64,000 nt of DNA, from the NCBI GenBank assembly GCA_964187785.1, contig OZ076409.1, positions 23,872,001 through 23,936,000 on the forward strand, read 5' to 3'. The position numbers were made by a program, and so were the translations under genes. Source of the DNA: Amphiscolops sp. MND2022. Taxonomy: Eukaryota. Positions within the stretch are counted from its first letter, which is position 1, and each line of letters starts with the position of its first letter. This document shows, piece by piece, positions 1 through 13,493 of the stretch. The notes under the pieces were generated by a model. That model was not told the DNA's origin. It searched no databases and was given only the letters and a program-made list of their open reading frames with translations.

Positions 1-341
1 TATATTTAGAAGCAGTTCAAGAGATGAGCTCCCTAGGGATATGAACAGAAACGAGGATCTAGAGGACACTCATTACAGGTACTGAGAGCAAAATTATTCC
101 TCAAAAAAGGTAGTTTTTCCCAAAAGGTAGTGTGAATTCTACTGAAGCATAGTTTACTGATGCCGTTAGCTGTATCTGTTAATCTTCTCCTAGGTTTTGC
201 GTGCATACCGATGTGGGTCCAGATTTATTGTGAGCCTTGTGCAATGCTCCTTCGCCTCCATGTTTAGCCTTGTTTTCTTCGCTGAATGTGTTTGTCTTGA
301 CAATACCACTAAGCAAAAAACGAAAGACTCGCTGCAGGCCT

Positions 342-421
342 AATATTTACGAGAGGGTTTCGAACCTGATACCAACTTGATACAAACCGAATGCTCTAAC
401 CAGCACACAATGCTGCCCAAA
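342..421 (-). repeat. tRNA-derived SINE head / degenerate tRNA-like sequence
   Basis: Minus strand reads ...tggttagagcattcgg...ggttcgaaaccc (A-box-like and B-box-like motifs); no intact cloverleaf. Confidence 0.4.
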
Positions 422-1332
422 ACTTGAGAGTTTGACATAGTTTTGAAGAAAAAATTGTCCATACAAAAGTATGCTAAGTAACTGATACTCGTGTGTTTTC
501 CAATTCTCCTAATGCTCCAGGAAAACCACAAATTGCACAAAAACTGCAGAAAACACTCGAATTACAAAAATTCGTAGTATGTGTATCCTTAGTAGCCAGA
601 TATGAGCTCTGTGAGTTTTCATATCCAAAAAAAGCGTCTGAATCTTAGTGGATTTTATACATACAAAAATTTGCAATAGTTGCACCAAAATTGCATAACT
701 TGATCAGTTTTTTTAAAGAAAGTTCACTGTTGGGACATTTCAGGGGCAAAGCAAAGCCTGAAATCTATCTTCATATAAATGTGGCAGGCATTTAAATGTT
801 TCATCGTTGAATTTCGTGAATATCCATTCCCACTAAAAGTTTTAAAAAATTTCGCATTTAATGATCAAAATTGTTTTCTTTTTATTCATTTCATGGTAGT
901 TTTTTATAACAATGTTTCTAAAAATGCTCGAATATCTCCACAAATGCATATGTCACAAGCCTATTTCTTTGACAGTTGAGTTTATGAAAACCCCGTCTTT
1001 TGGGTTTAAAGTGGGTTATGGCGAATTTTAATGAAAACGAACGCGGCTCATTTTCTCTTCCATATGGGAATATTGGCGGAAAAATAATCCTACTTAGTTA
1101 GAGACAGTCAATGATTAAAATTTGAAGGAAGAGATGATTTTGTATGCAGATTGAAAATAGTTATATGCATCTTCAATAGATCAGCGTAAATTTTTATAGA
1201 TTTTACGTTTTGAAACTTAATTCTTGCTTATCTATCATACGTCATATGACAAGTGGAATACACGAACCCATGGGCACACTTTTTCATTTCCTTTGAAAGA
1301 CGTAAATCTTTTGAAAGACGTACTCGTAAATT

Positions 1333-1705
1333 AAAACAGGCCGGGACCGACCCAAGTCGGCGCCATATCTAAGGCTCAAAAATAGCAAAAAGACTTCAAA
1401 ATGTCAAATTATTGGTGAATTGGGGACCCTTTTATGAAAAAAAATTGAAAAAAAGTCTCATAATGCCAAAAAAACTGAAAGGGGGACCCTTTGGTCTCAT
1501 CCGGTATTGTGTTACGCGGGAAACCTTTTTGGTTCAGTTCCATGGGCTAACGGGTACAATTTGGCGTCTTCTTGAAATTTTGTAAACTTTTGGGGTAGAA
1601 CTATTTTGGTCACTTCAGGTGTATCGAAAAAAATTTTTAAAAAACCACTGACGAAAATCCATGACTATAGTCGACTCTTTTCTCTAGAAAAGCGCCGACT
1701 AAAAA
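1333..1705 (-). mobile_element. Helentron-associated non-autonomous element (HINE/DINE-1-like), copy 1
   Basis: Sub-terminal inverted AGTCGGCGC...GCGCCGACT, short GC stem-loop next to one subTIR, T/A-run ends. Body homologous to the copies at 8509, 26682, 29609 and 55503. Confidence 0.65.
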
Positions 1706-3064
1706 CAGACACCAATCATACAAAACTAAATGCAACTTTGTTAGTCATCAATACACATATATAATTCGTGTAATAACAAAATTCTAAATAATATTTCTAA
1801 TCAAATATTTATTTTGATATTGCGCTTCGCACTTGCCAATTCTATTCTAAAATGAGATGTTTTTTCTTAAACCTTCTCACAGCCTACTTCCATGTCTAAA
1901 GCATTTTTTAAACAAGCGACATTGCAATATTGAGTCTTTAATCTTTACTGCCGTCTATTTCACTTTTTGGGAAAGTGAATATTTCTTTCTGTCGGTGTCT
2001 TTTAGTCTACAACTATACTCAAAAATAGAGATAGAGTTTCAATCACAGAGTTCGATGACAAAAACTCACGTGAGTGAAAACATTTGAGCATTTTGAAATG
2101 AAAACGTGCAAGAATGGTAAGGTTTTTGACCTCTTGAACCAAAATGTGTATGATTTTTTTGTTATTGTTTATTTATTGTTTTTCACGGCATGAATTTTCT
2201 CAGAGTTTAAAGACAAAACAGCCAGCCTTTCAACTATTTTTCTGTCAAAAAGTGCCTAGAATGACTTGAAATTGACACTTTTAAATTGTGTGTTGATATC
2301 AGTGTTTTTATTGGCTGTGCTCGTGTTTTTCATGTTTAATAAATGGTGAATGAATAGTTGATCAGTTTTGTGTCACTTTTGTCATCAAGATTTAGTATCA
2401 TCAGTAGAGGGACACAATTTGACTGAAGTTTCACTGATTTTTGACTTTTTTTGACTTTATGAAAAGTACATGAGAAAAAATTTTGCAGGTCTTTCTGCAT
2501 TATAATGATTGGAATAGAACACAAAAGACTTGTTGAGCTTATCTGGCAGAAAGTTTGGTTATCGACACATAGTTTTTAAGTTTTGAAAACTGCCTTCCAC
2601 GGAGCATGCAGTTGCAGAACAGTTCTGGGAAAACCTAAACACCAAAGATGATTTCCGGTCGAGTACAGTTTATAAATTCCAAAAAAAATCATGACGGAGA
2701 AGTTCAACTTTACTAATTGCTTTAATGCGCAAGGGTTGTCCAATTCACATATTTTTGACATTTTATGTAATCTTTAACCTTATTTTGATCATATTGACCT
2801 TCTCGACTTTTGGGTTCCCTTAATTAACAGGAGTACTGAAGTGCTCAATTCTCGAATATTCAAAAATCACCATGAGCTCTGAACATCTTTGCGTACACAA
2901 GTAACGAGTTTCTATGCACTGTATTGAAAACGTTCACCCGATTTTTGTAAAAAGCCAACTATTTCGCAGTAAATCAACAAAAAACGAATAGAAGACCTTA
3001 TTTTATTCAAAACATCAGTTGTGAGTAGAGATGTAAGTTTCTTTTCTTTTTCGACGTCGAATAT

Positions 3065-3260
3065 CCCCTAGTTCAAACAAAATGCCTATCTTGCAAGATT
3101 CTTCCGTTTTATCTTTGAAGAAAATGCATTTTTCTTGAAGAAATCTTGCAAGAATCTTGCAAGATAGACATTTTGCAATGATAATCTTGCAAGATAAACA
3201 TTTTTTCAATCATAATCTTGCAAGATATGCATTTTCTCAAAAAATCTTGAAAGAATTGAA
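3065..3260. repeat. Array of palindromic TCTTGCAAGA motifs (subterminal repeats of a CMC/EnSpm-like MITE)
   Basis: At least 5 copies of tcttgcaaga; the same motif occurs in the MITE at 30518-49535. Confidence 0.5.
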
Positions 3261-5112
3261 TTTTCAATTCAAAAGTATTCATGGAATTAAGGGGTCCGAT
3301 CTATGAAGACACTCTCCGTTACATGAGCTGAAACAACTTGAAATTAAAAGCAGAATGTCGGACATTTTTTTCTACTAAAAGCAAAGCATTCAGTATTTGA
3401 CAAAATGTCCTTATTCTGGGTTGGAGGCTCTCTGCTAGTGCGGCATCCCCATAAAAATATCTTTAATTATGCTTTTGAAAATCTGTTCATTCCTAGTCAT
3501 CTCAATTGAGAATCAGAAGCAAAAGATTGTGTTCAGAAACTTCATTTTTTTCACATGACAACCAAAATGTATCTTCAATTAGTAACTGTGAATCTTTGTC
3601 GTTCTGGCTTCAAAATCATATTCAACTGTGCAAATGAACGGTAACGTCTGACTTAAAATTGGAGAATATTTGAAATTGAACACCAAGTTTTCCCCAAAGC
3701 GTAGAAAATAGCATTGACTACGTCAGTGCTAAGATAAAGCCAATTGATAACAAGAATTTTTGATACTTCGCCCTTTTGTTATATGTTCACCCGATACCGT
3801 TTTAGTTCTGTTGTTCAACTCCAAACATTATTCACAACCTTTGTGAAGAACTTCGTTACTGCTGGCATTGTAAATCCTAATTGCTTCATTGTCTTGTAAG
3901 TTTGTCATCATGACGGCATTCCATTTGTATCATTCCTTTAAAGTGTTGCTTAGGGATTATACATGTATGACAGCTGTTCGAAACACCAACTCTTCACCAT
4001 CGACATTTGTAGCGATCTCGAATCCGCAATAGCTCGAATAACTGCTACCTTATTGCTTTGTTTGATGTTGACAGATTTACAACAGCCATCCTTATTCGTG
4101 CATTGCAATTATTGAAAATTTTTTTCCGTGCTCTTTTTTGGTTATACGCTTGAAGTCGACTACTAAACCATGTTGTCGCCTGTTTTCGAAAAAAAATCAG
4201 TGGAACATTCACTAATCTCTGTCAATCATTTGATTGACATCTCATTCTTCTCCCTGTGGAGTGGATTTAGCTCGAACATTACGTGATTTGAGCCCTCTGT
4301 TTATTCAGTTGATTACACCTGTTCAAAAACGGTGCGTTCATATAGCATTTTCAAATATTTTCAACAATCTGGATTTGGCGAAAAAACGGATTCAACTCTC
4401 TGTTCTTCCACCCTTATTTGTCTTCTATAGGAAAGAGTTCCAAGCCACACAACGAGTTATTGCTGGCTCCAGTGTACTAATTTTTTGTGAGTTCATTCCG
4501 ATGACACTTGTAATTCTAATAACTAAGGAAAGTGGCTTCACTCTGATCACGGTAATTCCAGCTAGCCGCTGGTTCACTCTTGAGCCGTAATCTTGTAACT
4601 AAGCCTCAATTCTCTTTTCAGTGATCCAGTATAAACAAATTTTCCGATAATTCTTCCTATATTGCTAACTCTTTTGCTTTGTATTTAGACAAAGCTATTC
4701 AATGATACGCAATTAGTAAGTATTTGAACAATTTCAAGTGAGAATACATTTTCTGGCTGGGAGAAATAAGTTTTTCTACCAATCAGATTTCTTGTATTTA
4801 AATAGAAATCTGAGGTTCCTTCAGTGAATTTTACGACTGAAAAAATAAGTTCGCAGCGAATGTAATTTCGGGAAAAATGCTCAAGGAAAGAAGTCCCCAA
4901 AAAGTGCTAGAAATTTTTGTTTTTTGAAAGTTGTATGCACGGTTTGTGCATTTTTTAATTGAATTTTTTGGGCGATAAACCGAGAGAAAGCAAAAAATCT
5001 ACGGCAAACCATACTCCTCAAAGTGAAATCTGGAAGAAACAGTTTCCTATAAGTATTGAAAATAACAAAAGTGTCCATTTTCAAATTAATACGAACTTTT
5101 TCTGTATACAGA

Positions 5113-5323
5113 TTGAGTCTCGGCTGCTTGTACCGAAGGTATAGTGTTTTTTATAATCTTAAAATTTTGTCCATCGTGATAAGATACTATCTTGGAATAA
5201 GTAGTATCTTAGTAAGATCTTAATAAGAATCTTGCCATGGGATCCATGGTCGCCAAGATGTAGTAAGAATTTGGCAAGATCTTGCCGAGACAGCCAAGAT
5301 GCTAGTAAGAGGGTCAACCCGGG
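5113..5323. mobile_element. MITE end fragment (TCTTG/CAAGA-rich, ends CCCGGG)
   Basis: About 210-bp near-identical copy at 21289-21501. Confidence 0.6.
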
Positions 5324-5724
5324 TAACTGTTTGGCTACGCTCGAGTCCTGAAAATATACTGTCGCTACAGAATTTCAGGGCGGAAACTGTTCAGGTGCTC
5401 AGATAAATTTTGTCATTTATAAATTTTCTTCCATTTTGAGAGGAGTTTAGTTCTTTCTTCATGTTCTGAGAGAGTGTTTTTCCCAGCCGATTGGTGAACT
5501 CCTTTATTGCCTTTTTTTATCCTCCTTTGCGTGTCGTCCAACATCTTAAAGGGGCTGTGTATCATCACTTGGCATTGGTTTTGACTGCCAAAAATCAATT
5601 GAAAACAATTTATTCATTTTTGTTGTGTCAAAATCTTATGAACTGAATATTAAGTAGAAAATATCCGCATACAAATATGGAATATAAAGAACTATGTCTA
5701 ATTTTTGTACGTTTCTAGTTGCTA

Positions 5725-6255
5725 TCAAAACATTCCTGAGTTTATGAAGAAGTTGTTAGGGTATAAACTGCAGCTGGGCGGAGTCCCTGATTGGTGGATA
5801 AGAGATGACACCAAACTGTTATGGGGAGACCCTCCGAAGAGTTCTGGCATCCCAAACTGGGAAGAGGGGAGAGGAAAGTTCAGCAGGGAAGATGATGAAG
5901 TATCATAGGGGTACATATTGTTCAAAGGAATACACGTATTATCAGCTCTGATCTCAGTTTTGTGGTAAGAAACTGTTGTCGGATGTTGTGACGTCATTTG
6001 ATTATCCATTACGTCATTAATAGCGTGTTTCGTGAGGTCATACAATGAAGTTTCCTTGAAGGTGCGGCGGGAAAAACAAGCAGGTACTGTCTCAAGCTGG
6101 CAGTATGAATTTTGTTGGGTGAGCGATGAAGGACTGTCTTTTGTGGCTCCAAAGAAGTGTTTGTTCTCTGGTGAGTTGCTAAGTTGTTCTTTGTTATCTT
6201 TGATTGGTCGACGCCTTTTGTGTTTGGTTCGACGATTCTGGAACCATACTTTGAT
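5725..6255 (-). CDS. Vax: Vax homeobox gene, exon 3 (homeodomain helix 3 IKVWFQNRRTKHKR plus C-terminus, stop at 5725)
   Basis: Acceptor ccgcag|ATC at 6256-6257; phase 0 join to exon 2 at the classic Q|V/I-K-V-W-F intron position; AATAAA on minus at 5609-5614. Confidence 0.92.
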   Translation of the reverse strand: MKVWFQNRRTKHKRRRPIKDNKEQLSNSPENKHFFGATKDSPSSLTQQNSYCQLETVPACFSRRTFKETSLYDLTKHAINDVMDNQMTSQHPTTVSYHKTEIRADNTCIPLNNMYPYDTSSSSLLNFPLPSSQFGMPELFGGSPHNSLVSSLIHQSGTPPSCSLYPNNFFINSGMF

Positions 6256-6637
6256 CTGCGGCAATCAACTTTAAATCAATGTCAGTGAGGCTCAATTCTG
6301 TCGTTTTTGTTTTAACAAAAATCCTGATACAGGTGGTTTTTCATTCAGCACACAAGAACTTTTTTATTTTGCAATCGAATTGTTGTTTCATTTACTTATT
6401 TTTTTGCTTTGCTTTTATGTAATTTCCGATTTTCGATGAAAAATCCAGCAAAAACTTATTTTTTATAAAGCCATTCATACAAATACTATATTTCATAAGA
6501 ACATAACATTTGACTTCGGAAAATGTTTCTAGAAAAGTGCTCCATGGAAAATAACTTGAACTTTATTTGAATGAACAACAGAAAGAAACGAGCAGGTCAA
6601 GAGTTTCAGGTCACCAAGCGTTCAAAGGTCAACTAAC

Positions 6638-6825
6638 TTGTGTCTCACTTAGCCGCAAGCGTTGTGCCAACAGAGTCCTATCCCTGCCGACCAAGTAGTG
6701 GGCCCTGGAGAACTCCTCTTCCAACCCAAACAGCTGTTCGGCTGTGAAACAGGTCCTGTCTCTCTTGGGTCTGTCTATGTCCAATCCAATCGGCAGCACC
6801 AACTCTTTGGATCCCCCATTATTAT
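6638..6825 (-). CDS. Vax: Vax homeobox gene, exon 2 (188 nt)
   Basis: Translates (D)[62 protein letters not shown]. Colinear with vertebrate Vax1 [36 protein letters not shown]...YVVGRER...LSETQ; ag/gt boundaries present. Confidence 0.95.
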
Positions 6826-7175
6826 CTAACAGAGACGTACTTCACAATCTAAGCTACTCACTTTAAATCTGATTTTACTTAACTGGTTTATACCTAGATA
6901 TTTCAATTCTTTTTAGAATCCAGTCACTAGTTTTAAAAGCCAAGTACTGAGGTTGTAATCAATAATTTCGTAATTAACTTACATTCCAGCAAGAAAACAA
7001 TTTGCGTAAAACCAATGTTTTCATGGCCTCTAATTTACGTGTGATGGTCTTCAAAAATCTCGTTTTTCGAAGTTTTTCTTCATAAATTTGAACAAAAAAC
7101 AACTTTTCGGAAATTAGCGATACTACCGCAGATGATTCTGCCCTTTCCATGTTTTTTGTTACAAAAACAACTTAC

Positions 7176-7236
7176 CTCTGACGAGAAGTTTGCGTAAATT
7201 ATTCTGTTGAGATTGATTCTCGCAACGATTCTGCAT
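7176..7236 (-). CDS. Vax: Vax homeobox gene, exon 1 (MQNRCENQSQQNNLRKLLVR|D)
   Basis: Donor G|gtaag, phase 1 matches exon 2. RKLLVR-D corresponds to Vax RRILVRD. In-frame stop upstream of the ATG, so the start codon is tentative. Total protein about 259 aa. Confidence 0.8.
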
Positions 7237-8508
7237 AATTGTACAAGTTATTACTAATTACAAAAACAGTGGCAAAATGAATCTACTCCAATCTAATATC
7301 TTAACTGGTTATTAGTTTTTGACGAGTGTCGAGAGTCGACTTTATCTTTGTTTTGCATCTAAATTGAATTGAGTCAATTGATTTCATTCGTCAATTAGTT
7401 AAAAATTTATCACAATTCAGAATAAAATCATTCGATTAAACATTTTCAACAATTATTGTGGCTTCTCAACAGCAACATAGTTCTTCTTGTCAAGTTTTTG
7501 TCATCATTGACCTGCTAGTTGATTGAAAACTTAATGTCACTTCAAATCGCATCAACAATAACCAACTTTCATCCATCAAACCAAAATTTTTCAAAAAAAC
7601 TTCTATTAGGCAGTGTTTTCTGTGATTGAAGTTTCCAATATCTCGGTCAGTTTACGTTGATGATAGTTTGAAAATTTTGGCTTGTTTGGAGTGTTATTTC
7701 CTCTTAACGTAAAAGTTGTTATTCTCCTTTCCAATCAAATAAACTTTTCTTTCTTTCTTTCTGTCTTTCTTTCTTTCGTTCTTTCTTTCTTTCTTTCGTT
7801 CTTTCTTGTTTTCTTTGCTGTTGCTGGAAAGCGAACTTTTTCATTTCAGCAACAACGGAAAAAGTAAGCCAAATTTTTAAAAACCATTTTTGTATATTGG
7901 CGTTTTATAACTCCTTTCATGGCTTAGAACTCCTGTCGATTTTGCATCTTGAAAAACTACTTTGAAGACGTAGATGGAGATTGATGGTCAATAAGACGGG
8001 CAATAAAATGAATACTCGCAAAAAGTTGAAATTAAGACTGTCAGTGGGATTGATTTCTTCATATGATATTCAGTTACATGGAACATCTAGAGTATTCTAG
8101 AAATCGCAACGTTAACAAGCCAGGAAGAAAATGTTTTCTGGAACAGAAAAATAACATTTGTAAAACTTTCGCTGTGCATTTGGTCAAACCATATTCCTTT
8201 ATAACGTGTTCGATAATGACGTATTCAGTTTGGTTATAAACAAATTGACTATTTGAAACTAAGTACAAATTGTATGAATGTAATTTATAGTTTAATTACC
8301 AAGTTTTTACTATATATCAAGTTTAAATAAAGTTGAAGCCTACCCGGGGTGATAACCCAAGGTAACCCACACATTTTCCATCGCTGCCCCACCTGTGACG
8401 CGTTATTGTTCGTGGAATTTAGAGAATTTTTTGTCCTGACTGGATAATCTACCATTGTTGGGCCTTGAGCAAGTCCTTCATCCCTAGTTTAGTGGCATGG
8501 GCAGTGAC

Positions 8509-9010
8509 AAACAAGACGGGAACGTCCCAAGTCGGTGCCATATCTAAGGCTCAAAAATATTCAAGGAACAACTATTGGAAACATTTGAAAAAAATTAATA
8601 TTTTTTCAAATAAAGTATTTTGTTAAAAAAGTCGCACAATGCCGAAAAACCCAAAGAGAGGTCATTTAGGCTCATTAAACGTTTTTTACAAACCTAAAAC
8701 TTCAAAAAAAGCAAGGAGGTACCCTTTGATAAAATTCGAAAATTTTCGAAAAAAAAGTCGCATAGTGCCGAACAAAAACCCAAAGGGGGACCCTTTGGTC
8801 TCACTTGTACTTTTGGAAGCATAAAAAATTATGGTTTACTGCGAGAATCGAACCCACGCTCTCCGGGTTCAGAAAATTGGTCGAAGTTGAACAAATGACC
8901 AAATTGTAAAAAGTGGACCCCTCAGAGTAAGATTGTCAACTGAAAAAAAATACTCATTGTAAAGTCGGGCTTTTTTCCTTAAATAAAATAGCGACTAAAA
9001 TCGACTAAAA
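8509..9010 (-). mobile_element. HINE/DINE-1-like Helentron non-autonomous element, copy 2
   Basis: Reverse-complement homologue of 55503-56035 over about 500 bp. Confidence 0.7.
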
Positions 9011-9384
9011 ATAGCTCGTTTGGCAGAGAACAGCAAAAAAGAGCAACAGTGTGCAGTCAGGCTTTTGTGCGTGCCCTTGATCTAATCACTGTGAAACCAG
9101 AGCTTCAAGTCGACCATCTTTTAACCACATCGCTACAAATTATGGTACCATAGACGGCTATGGGGAAATAGTATCTCAAAAGGGCGCCGAATTAGAAAAG
9201 CAGAACTGCTTTTTCGGCGTTCACCCCGAGGAATTCGAGAAATGAAATTTTTCTTCATCATCATCATCTACAAATGAAGTTTTCGTACACTTGACTCAAC
9301 CTATATTTGCATTGGGACAGCTCCCGGTTGTAATACGGTGCGACTACCGCTACCGAATCATACGGTGACACTGTCAATCAAACT

Positions 9385-12272
9385 TGTTCCGATCAAAAGA
9401 CAAGTCAAACAATTTAGAATCAAATGATGCTCACTGCTTGTAAATACTATACTACCGTATTGTGCTTTATCTATATCATTTGATCTAGAAAATTGTTTGA
9501 CTTTAGATCGTACACTGAAAGACTCTATACCAAAGAAAAAGTCTTGGTCCAAACCTGTTTTCATATTGCAACCAAGATATAGAACATGGCGCAGTCAGCA
9601 TTTTAGTTACCCATTGAATTTTACCGAAACAAAGAAGATGACAACAGAAACGAAACAAATCGAAGTACCAAATTTCGAGGCCATATCAGACAGAAAACGA
9701 ATTTTTACACCGAAACAATGGCTCGAAAGATTTCGGCAAAACATAAAGAGAAAATATAAAATCGACATTACCGAACTGATACGGGGAGCCGAAATGACAC
9801 AAAACGATAACAACCGATAAAGAAACGGAAATACAAGAAGACTTCAAATGGGGCGTAGGCCCCGAAGCATTGTACCAAAAGACACGGGCAGAAAACAAAA
9901 CCGAACGGGACCAAATAGCGGTGAAAGATATGATCCGACTATTTATTGAATACTTCTAACCAAAACAAATTTCATATCACAACAGAGGAAATTTCGTTTT
10001 GAGAAGACAGACCGAAACAGAAAAACCCGAAGAATTCTGGCGGAGACTGATAGAAATTGAAAGGAATGTGCATTTGAAGAGTTACAGCCGAAGACTTACT
10101 TATCAGTCCGCAATTACGGATACAAAACTCCGAGACAAAGTAATAAAAGAAAAGAAACTCGAACTGAAAAATCAAAAGAGATGATCAAACAGAACTCATA
10201 CGAAAGGAAGAACCGGAAACACGCAAAACCGGAAGCATTAACTTCGAGAACTAAAAGAAGAACTAATACAAAAAATGGAACGATTCGTAACAAGACCGAA
10301 AAACAGATTGATAAACGACAAACCCTGCAAAGTTTGTAACGCACCGAATTGGGACTCAACTCAAAAATGCCCGGCATTTGATAAACACTGCAACAATTGC
10401 AGAAAGGAAGAACACTTTGCCAGAGGATGTAGACAAGAAGAGATTTACCAACGCAAAGTGCAAAATGTAACCGAGGCAGAAACAACAGCAATTTGCGGAG
10501 AATCCGACAAATCAGAATCGAGTATCTACAGAACTGAAAAGATAAACAAAATCACCTACAGAAACAAATACCTGACAGCAAAAGTGAGAGTGCGCGGCGT
10601 TGAGAAAGAATTCAATTCATAGTAGACGCCGGATCACCGATTTCAATATTGCCGGCAGATGAAAACATACTGAAGAAAACCAAAAACCAGATACTAAATA
10701 ATCGGTTACAAGATGTAAACAAAAACGAAGTAAAATTCCAAGGGCAAATACCAACTGACATTAAAAACGTGAAAACAACAAACAAAAAATTATCAATTAC
10801 CGAAAGCGATGACATAACACCACCACTGGGAATGGATTGGATGAAGAAATTTCACTTACCAATCAGAAACATCCGAACAGATGAAAACGACCAATCTTAA
10901 AAAAACGATTGATTGAAACTTTCTCGGAATTATTCAAGAACACAACAATAAAACATACCGAATTTACCATCCAGTTAAAACCGGGACACTATCCGGTGAA
11001 ACAGAAATCAAGACCTATTCCTTTACATTTACAAGATGAAGTATGTGAAGAATTGGAGAAACTAATAAAAACTGTACATCTAGGAACAGTAAAACATGTG
11101 GACGACGAATGTTTTGTTTCGCCGGTAATAATCAGCGTGAAAAATGATAAATCGATGAAAATTGCACTAGATTCGAGAAAATTAAATAACAGTTGTAGAT
11201 AAATCAGTCCTCACATGACAAATTTGGAAGATTTGTCGAATCAGATTTCGGTAGAATTTCCAAGAGACCGAACAAAAGAACTGATGATATCAAAAATTGA
11301 CCTGGATTACGCATATGGCCAAAAGAAATTATCAAAAAAGACGAGCCGGCAAAGTGTATTTGCAATAACCGGGGGAAACTTTAGTTGATATTACCGATTC
11401 AAAGAAGGATTTTACTGTTTTGCTGATGTCCCAACATTATTTAAACAGAAAATCGCCCTAATTCTAGAATATTCCACACCAGGTTGGCTGGACGACCAAA
11501 TAGTGGTCAAAAGAAGAAACCGGACAGAAAACGAGAGAAAATTATTTGATATACTAAAAAACTAGAAAACGCTGGATACCGAGCGAGCGAAAGGAAGTCC
11601 TAATTCTTCCTCAATAAAACCAAATGGTTGAGAGACGAAATTGATGAAACGGGAATCAAACCGAACACAGAGAAAGTAAAAGCACAACTGGAATTGAAAC
11701 ACCCGGAAAATCGAAAACGTCTGAAACCATATCTCGGTGCAATACAGTATCTCGCAACGTTTATACCGACTGAGCTTATCGGAAGGAACTGAAAAACTCG
11801 GAGAATTTTCAAAGAAAGGCTCCAAATGGAACTGGGGAAAAGAACAAGGTGAAGATTTCAAAAACAAAAAAAAATGCTGACCGAAGAACTCTGCTTATCC
11901 CACTACGCAAAAGACAGAGATAACATTGTAACAACTGATGCAAGCAAATCCGGACTTGGAATTACACTATGGTCGAAACAATTGGATGGAGAAATAAAAC
12001 CAATACAATTCGGTAGTAGATATCTGAACGAAAGGGAACAGTATTACTCAACTGGGGAACTAGAATTATTGGCAGTTGTGTGGGGCCTAGAAAAGTTCCG
12101 ATTTCATTTATAGGGGAAGAAAGTCTTTTTAAACACAGACCACCAAGCATTTGAACCAGTGATTGAAAGAAAGCGGTGCAACTGACAGCATAGCGCAAGA
12201 CTCTTTAGATGGTTAGACCGACTCGCGCTCTTTAATATAGCAATACAACACATCGTCGGTAGCAATTTAGAG
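9385..12272 (+). mobile_element. Decayed Ty3/Gypsy (Mag-like) LTR retrotransposon, truncated by the assembly gap
   Basis: Putative 5' LTR 9385-9586 (TGTTC...GAACA); PBS TGGCGCAGTCAGCA (tRNA-Ser-like). Gag with two Cys/His knuckles, protease (VDAGSPISI), RT and RNase H (TTDASKSGLG...ELELLAVVWGLEKF) fragments, with many stops and frameshifts. Confidence 0.85.
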
Positions 12273-12472
12273 NNNNNNNNNNNNNNNNNNNNNNNNNNNN
12301 NNNNNNNNNNNNNNNNNNNNNNNNNNNNNNNNNNNNNNNNNNNNNNNNNNNNNNNNNNNNNNNNNNNNNNNNNNNNNNNNNNNNNNNNNNNNNNNNNNNN
12401 NNNNNNNNNNNNNNNNNNNNNNNNNNNNNNNNNNNNNNNNNNNNNNNNNNNNNNNNNNNNNNNNNNNNNNNN
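12273..12472. other. Scaffold gap (200 N)
   Basis: Run of exactly 200 N; true gap size unknown. Confidence 1.
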
Positions 12473-12799
12473 TTCCCTCGGAAGGCTTAAGACCCTTAAA
12501 ATTTGAAGCTTCAACGTCAAGAAACAATTGGAATTACAAAATGAGCGAACAAATTATAAAAGCGTTAAAAAAGCAGATTTCCACAGGTTAACGTTGAACA
12601 AAAATTCAAAAAAACTTGATTTATCAGGTAACAAAAACTAATCTAGGGTAGAAATACCTCGAAAAACTACAACAAAGTTGTTTCATTGGGGGGGGGGGAA
12701 GAAAGGTCAAACTAAACATCAAAACAGCCGACCTATTTTTTAACCGTAAAACTACTACACTATTGTTTAGATCATGTTTGGTGCCTTTTGTGCTCGAAA

Positions 12800-13493
12800 A
12801 CCGCTTCAGAAGTCAGGATATAGCGTGCTGAAACAAATACAAGCGCTTTTTCTCGATCCTACGCCTCCTCCTCCTCAGTAAAACGACAGTTTTTGTTCAA
12901 TAATGTAAACTTCTAAACTTCAAAACTTCTTCAATAACGTTATATCTGAACTTTCAAAACGTTACATGCAAACTTTGACAACGTTACATCTGAATTCTGA
13001 AAACATTACATCTGAACTCTGAAAACGCTATATCCGATCTTTGAAAACGTTATTCCGAAAAAGTTGCCAAAAAATCCAAATGGGGTACCGTTTGGTCTCC
13101 CATCTACTTTTGGGAGCATAAACGAGAAACGTTATGTCCGGAATTCGTTCAACGGTTTGTTATATCCGGTTTGCAGTAATAGTGTTTGCGCCAGAAAATC
13201 CAAAGGGGGGACCCTTTTGTAACTATGAAAAATTCTCCAAAAATCGTTATATCCGGTATACGCTATATCTGGAATTGTTATATCCGGAATTCATTATATC
13301 CGTTTTGCGCTAAATTTGGCATGGGTTGTTTTATTGACTCGTTAGCTCTTTTTAAAGCTTTGAAAAATTCTCCAGGAACGTTATACCCGGTATATGTAAC
13401 AGCTTATAAATCCTATAAAACCTGCCACTTCGTTGGTCTTTAAAAAAGCCAGTGCTATAGTCTGCGTTTTCTACGAAAAGCGCCGACTAAAAA
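12800..13493 (-). mobile_element. HINE-like element carrying minisatellites (~22-bp ACGTTA(T/C)ATCTGAACTTT.AAA units and GTTATATCCGG repeats)
   Basis: Ends AAAAGCGCCGACTAAAAA like the other copies; 12800-12885 is shared with 26800-26890; left boundary uncertain. Confidence 0.55.

Noticed and set aside
3300..4900. Decayed transposase or other gene on the minus strand
   Set aside because: It looks coding-like in places, but no recognisable motif or sustained frame was found.
7745..7820. Hydrophobic ORF 7682-7867 as a membrane peptide
   Set aside because: Produced by a (TTTC)n microsatellite.
8455..8500. CORE-SINE-like fragment (CCTTGAGCAAGTC)
   Set aside because: The match is too short to support.
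12104..12527. ORFs containing X runs
   Set aside because: Artefacts of the 200-N gap.
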